Origin: Callorhinchus milii | Lineage: Eukaryota | Assembly: GCF_018977255.1 (NCBI RefSeq) | Contig: NW_024704742.1 | Coordinates: 67,272,001 to 67,336,000, forward strand | Direction: 5' to 3' | Length of the DNA stretch: 64,000 bases | Shown: positions 62,011 through 64,000 of the stretch, in pieces | Position numbering within the stretch: position 1 is the first letter of the stretch | Layout: every line of letters starts with the position of its first letter | Notes under the pieces: generated by a model | What the model saw: only the letters and a program-made list of their open reading frames with translations | Database searches by the model: none | What the model was told of the DNA's origin: nothing | Translations under genes and position numbers: made by a program

Positions 62011-63619
62011 TACAGCTCAGCTAACTCAGGCTTACTGTGTGACCCACACCCTCTCCACTCCACCATCGATGGCTGAGCGATCAGTTCCTAACCTCTGGAA
62101 CACTCTCTACCATTCCATATCTATCCCTCCCTTTTTGTCTTTAAGTCCAGCCTCCAATCCTACCTCTTTCCCTTCTCCCTTGTTTGGTGTCCAACCTTGT
62201 CTTTGTAAAGTGTGTGATATGAAAGGCGTGATATAAATGCAAATTGTTGCTGTTGCCTTTCATTCACTACTGAACATTGGCGAAATAGTGAATTGATAAC
62301 CTACGGGCCGCTCTAAAACCAACCCAACATATGCTTCACTTATTGTAGCTGTTTCTGGGAATTGAACTCACAAAGTCTAGACTCCTGACTGACACTCCAG
62401 TGCAGTGCTGGGGGTTGGGGAGGTGGGGCTGTGGGGGATTGCATTGACAGAGTGCCATCCTTCAGATGAGACGTTAAATCAAGGCACCATCTGCCTATCC
62501 AAGTGGATGTTAAAGATCCCATGAAAAAGGAAGGACGTTTCCCCTGGTGTCCTCGCTGACGATCCCCAAGATAAAATTGGTTATTCGTTTCATGGCTGTT
62601 TCATTGGGTTGCCGCATTCATCTACAAATACACAGTAAATCCTATGAAGTGCTTTGATATGCCCTCTGGATGTGCAAGGGACTATATGAAATGATTATTA
62701 CTATATGATTCCGACAAGATTTGTTTCACTCCACCTGTCCACGCTGGAGCCTCCTACCATTCCCAGCTCTGCCCGCAAACTGCTTTGATCAGCGGGCATG
62801 AACCTTGCACAAAATACTCCCCCCTTTTTCTTTAATCATTCATCAAAGAGTTAAGCATGTCAAATTTGCAGCCATCCGCAAAGCTGCTAAACAAACCAGC
62901 CTTCAAAGTGTTCACAGGTAACGGGGAACAATGGGGAACCTTCAGCTCAGGGAGAAATACAGTCCACAGGAAAGCCTGCTCACCTCAAGATACTGCCGTC
63001 TCCTTAGGAACCCACTGAGCCCCCCCACAGCGCAATAAGCTGCCTGCTCCTTTATTCACCTGCTGACTTACTGGCTACATCCTTCACTCGTTCTGTTTCG
63101 CAGACGAAAAGCAAAGATAACCGCGGGAGGCTAAGTATTCTCAGCATGGGAACAGCAACCAGCCATCCATCAGCTAACTGGTGAAATAGCAACTGTTCAA
63201 AATAACTCAGTACAAATATCTGATTTACTAGCCTTTTGGGTTCAACAATACCAGGAGGGAGTGGAGAGTGGGGGAAGCAACCTTCACTGGTCTGAACATG
63301 AATCACCTAGTTTAAGGCTAGGATATTGAATGGGCCATTATTATGGAGACTGTGGATACAATTTTACCTGCACTGTGCTATCAGTGGTATCGCTGGTGTT
63401 TAGAGTTGTCTTGTTTGGTAATGATAAAAGCTACCATGGTTTCATAGTTTGAGCCCCTTTTAACAGACTGAACCTCGCTGCCCCTCTCTGAAACCTTCTT
63501 CAGATGACATGTTAACAACAACTTGCATTTATATAACGCCCTCCACGCAATACAATACAAAATTAAATTTTTATAGCGCCTTTCACGTCGGGAGGACGTC
63601 CAAAAGCACTGAACAGTCA

Positions 63620-63800
63620 GGGAGTTGGCTATTAGGTATATGTTGGCAAGAGCCAAGGCTTGGAGATCCCAGAGTGTGGTTTGGGATACTGCTGGAGTCT
63701 AACCAGCTAAACCTGCTTAGCTTGCCATTGAGAGCACTGTCTGGCAAGATCCTGTGGCTTATCCAGCCAGGACCACTCAACTCTTTAGGGCTTGGCTTGC
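63620..63800 (-). mobile_element. Family C repeat (5'/middle part)
   Basis: Reverse complement of 8120-8300. Confidence 0.75.
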
Positions 63801-64000
63801 TGGGTTATCCTGTCCATGAGAGCGAGAGTAATTTAAGAATCACAGTCGCGGCAATACCCAAAAGGCAAACCAACGCATGAGTAAAAAGAGGAAGGAGGAG
63901 AGGGAGGGCAGATTGGGTCAGCAGATCGAAGAGGGAATTTGATAGCTATTTGGGTGAGGAAATCAACAGAGAGTTAAGTATGAGAGGTAGAGCAGTTTTG

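Overview
Eukaryotic, repeat-dense, apparently intergenic or intronic vertebrate DNA. The repeat complement points to a cartilaginous fish, possibly a holocephalan (inference): L2 and CR1 LINE relics, DeuSINE-superfamily tRNA SINEs and a Penelope-like terminal fragment. I found no recognisable host protein-coding gene, rRNA, true tRNA or CRISPR array. Nearly all ORFs in the track are translations of transposable elements. Best-supported features: (1) a decayed hAT (Charlie/SPIN/GTF2IRD2-like) DNA transposon at 48397-51312 with both TIRs and an 8-bp TSD; (2) a 2.5-kb L2 copy with endonuclease and RT remnants; (3) a CR1 RT fragment; (4) three related SINE types sharing an L2-type 3' tail; (5) several nested insertions that order these families in time. 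Most worth following up: an unclassified, poly(A)-ended, stem-loop-rich retroposon family (at least 7 copies), a chimeric SINE architecture, a hammerhead-like Penelope fragment with a 12-bp TSD, a possible L2 target preference, and TE-free islands with TCF/LEF site clusters and splice-like signals. I see no evidence for a clearly new protein-based system. Repeat boundaries are by eye and approximate unless a TSD or TIR is quoted.
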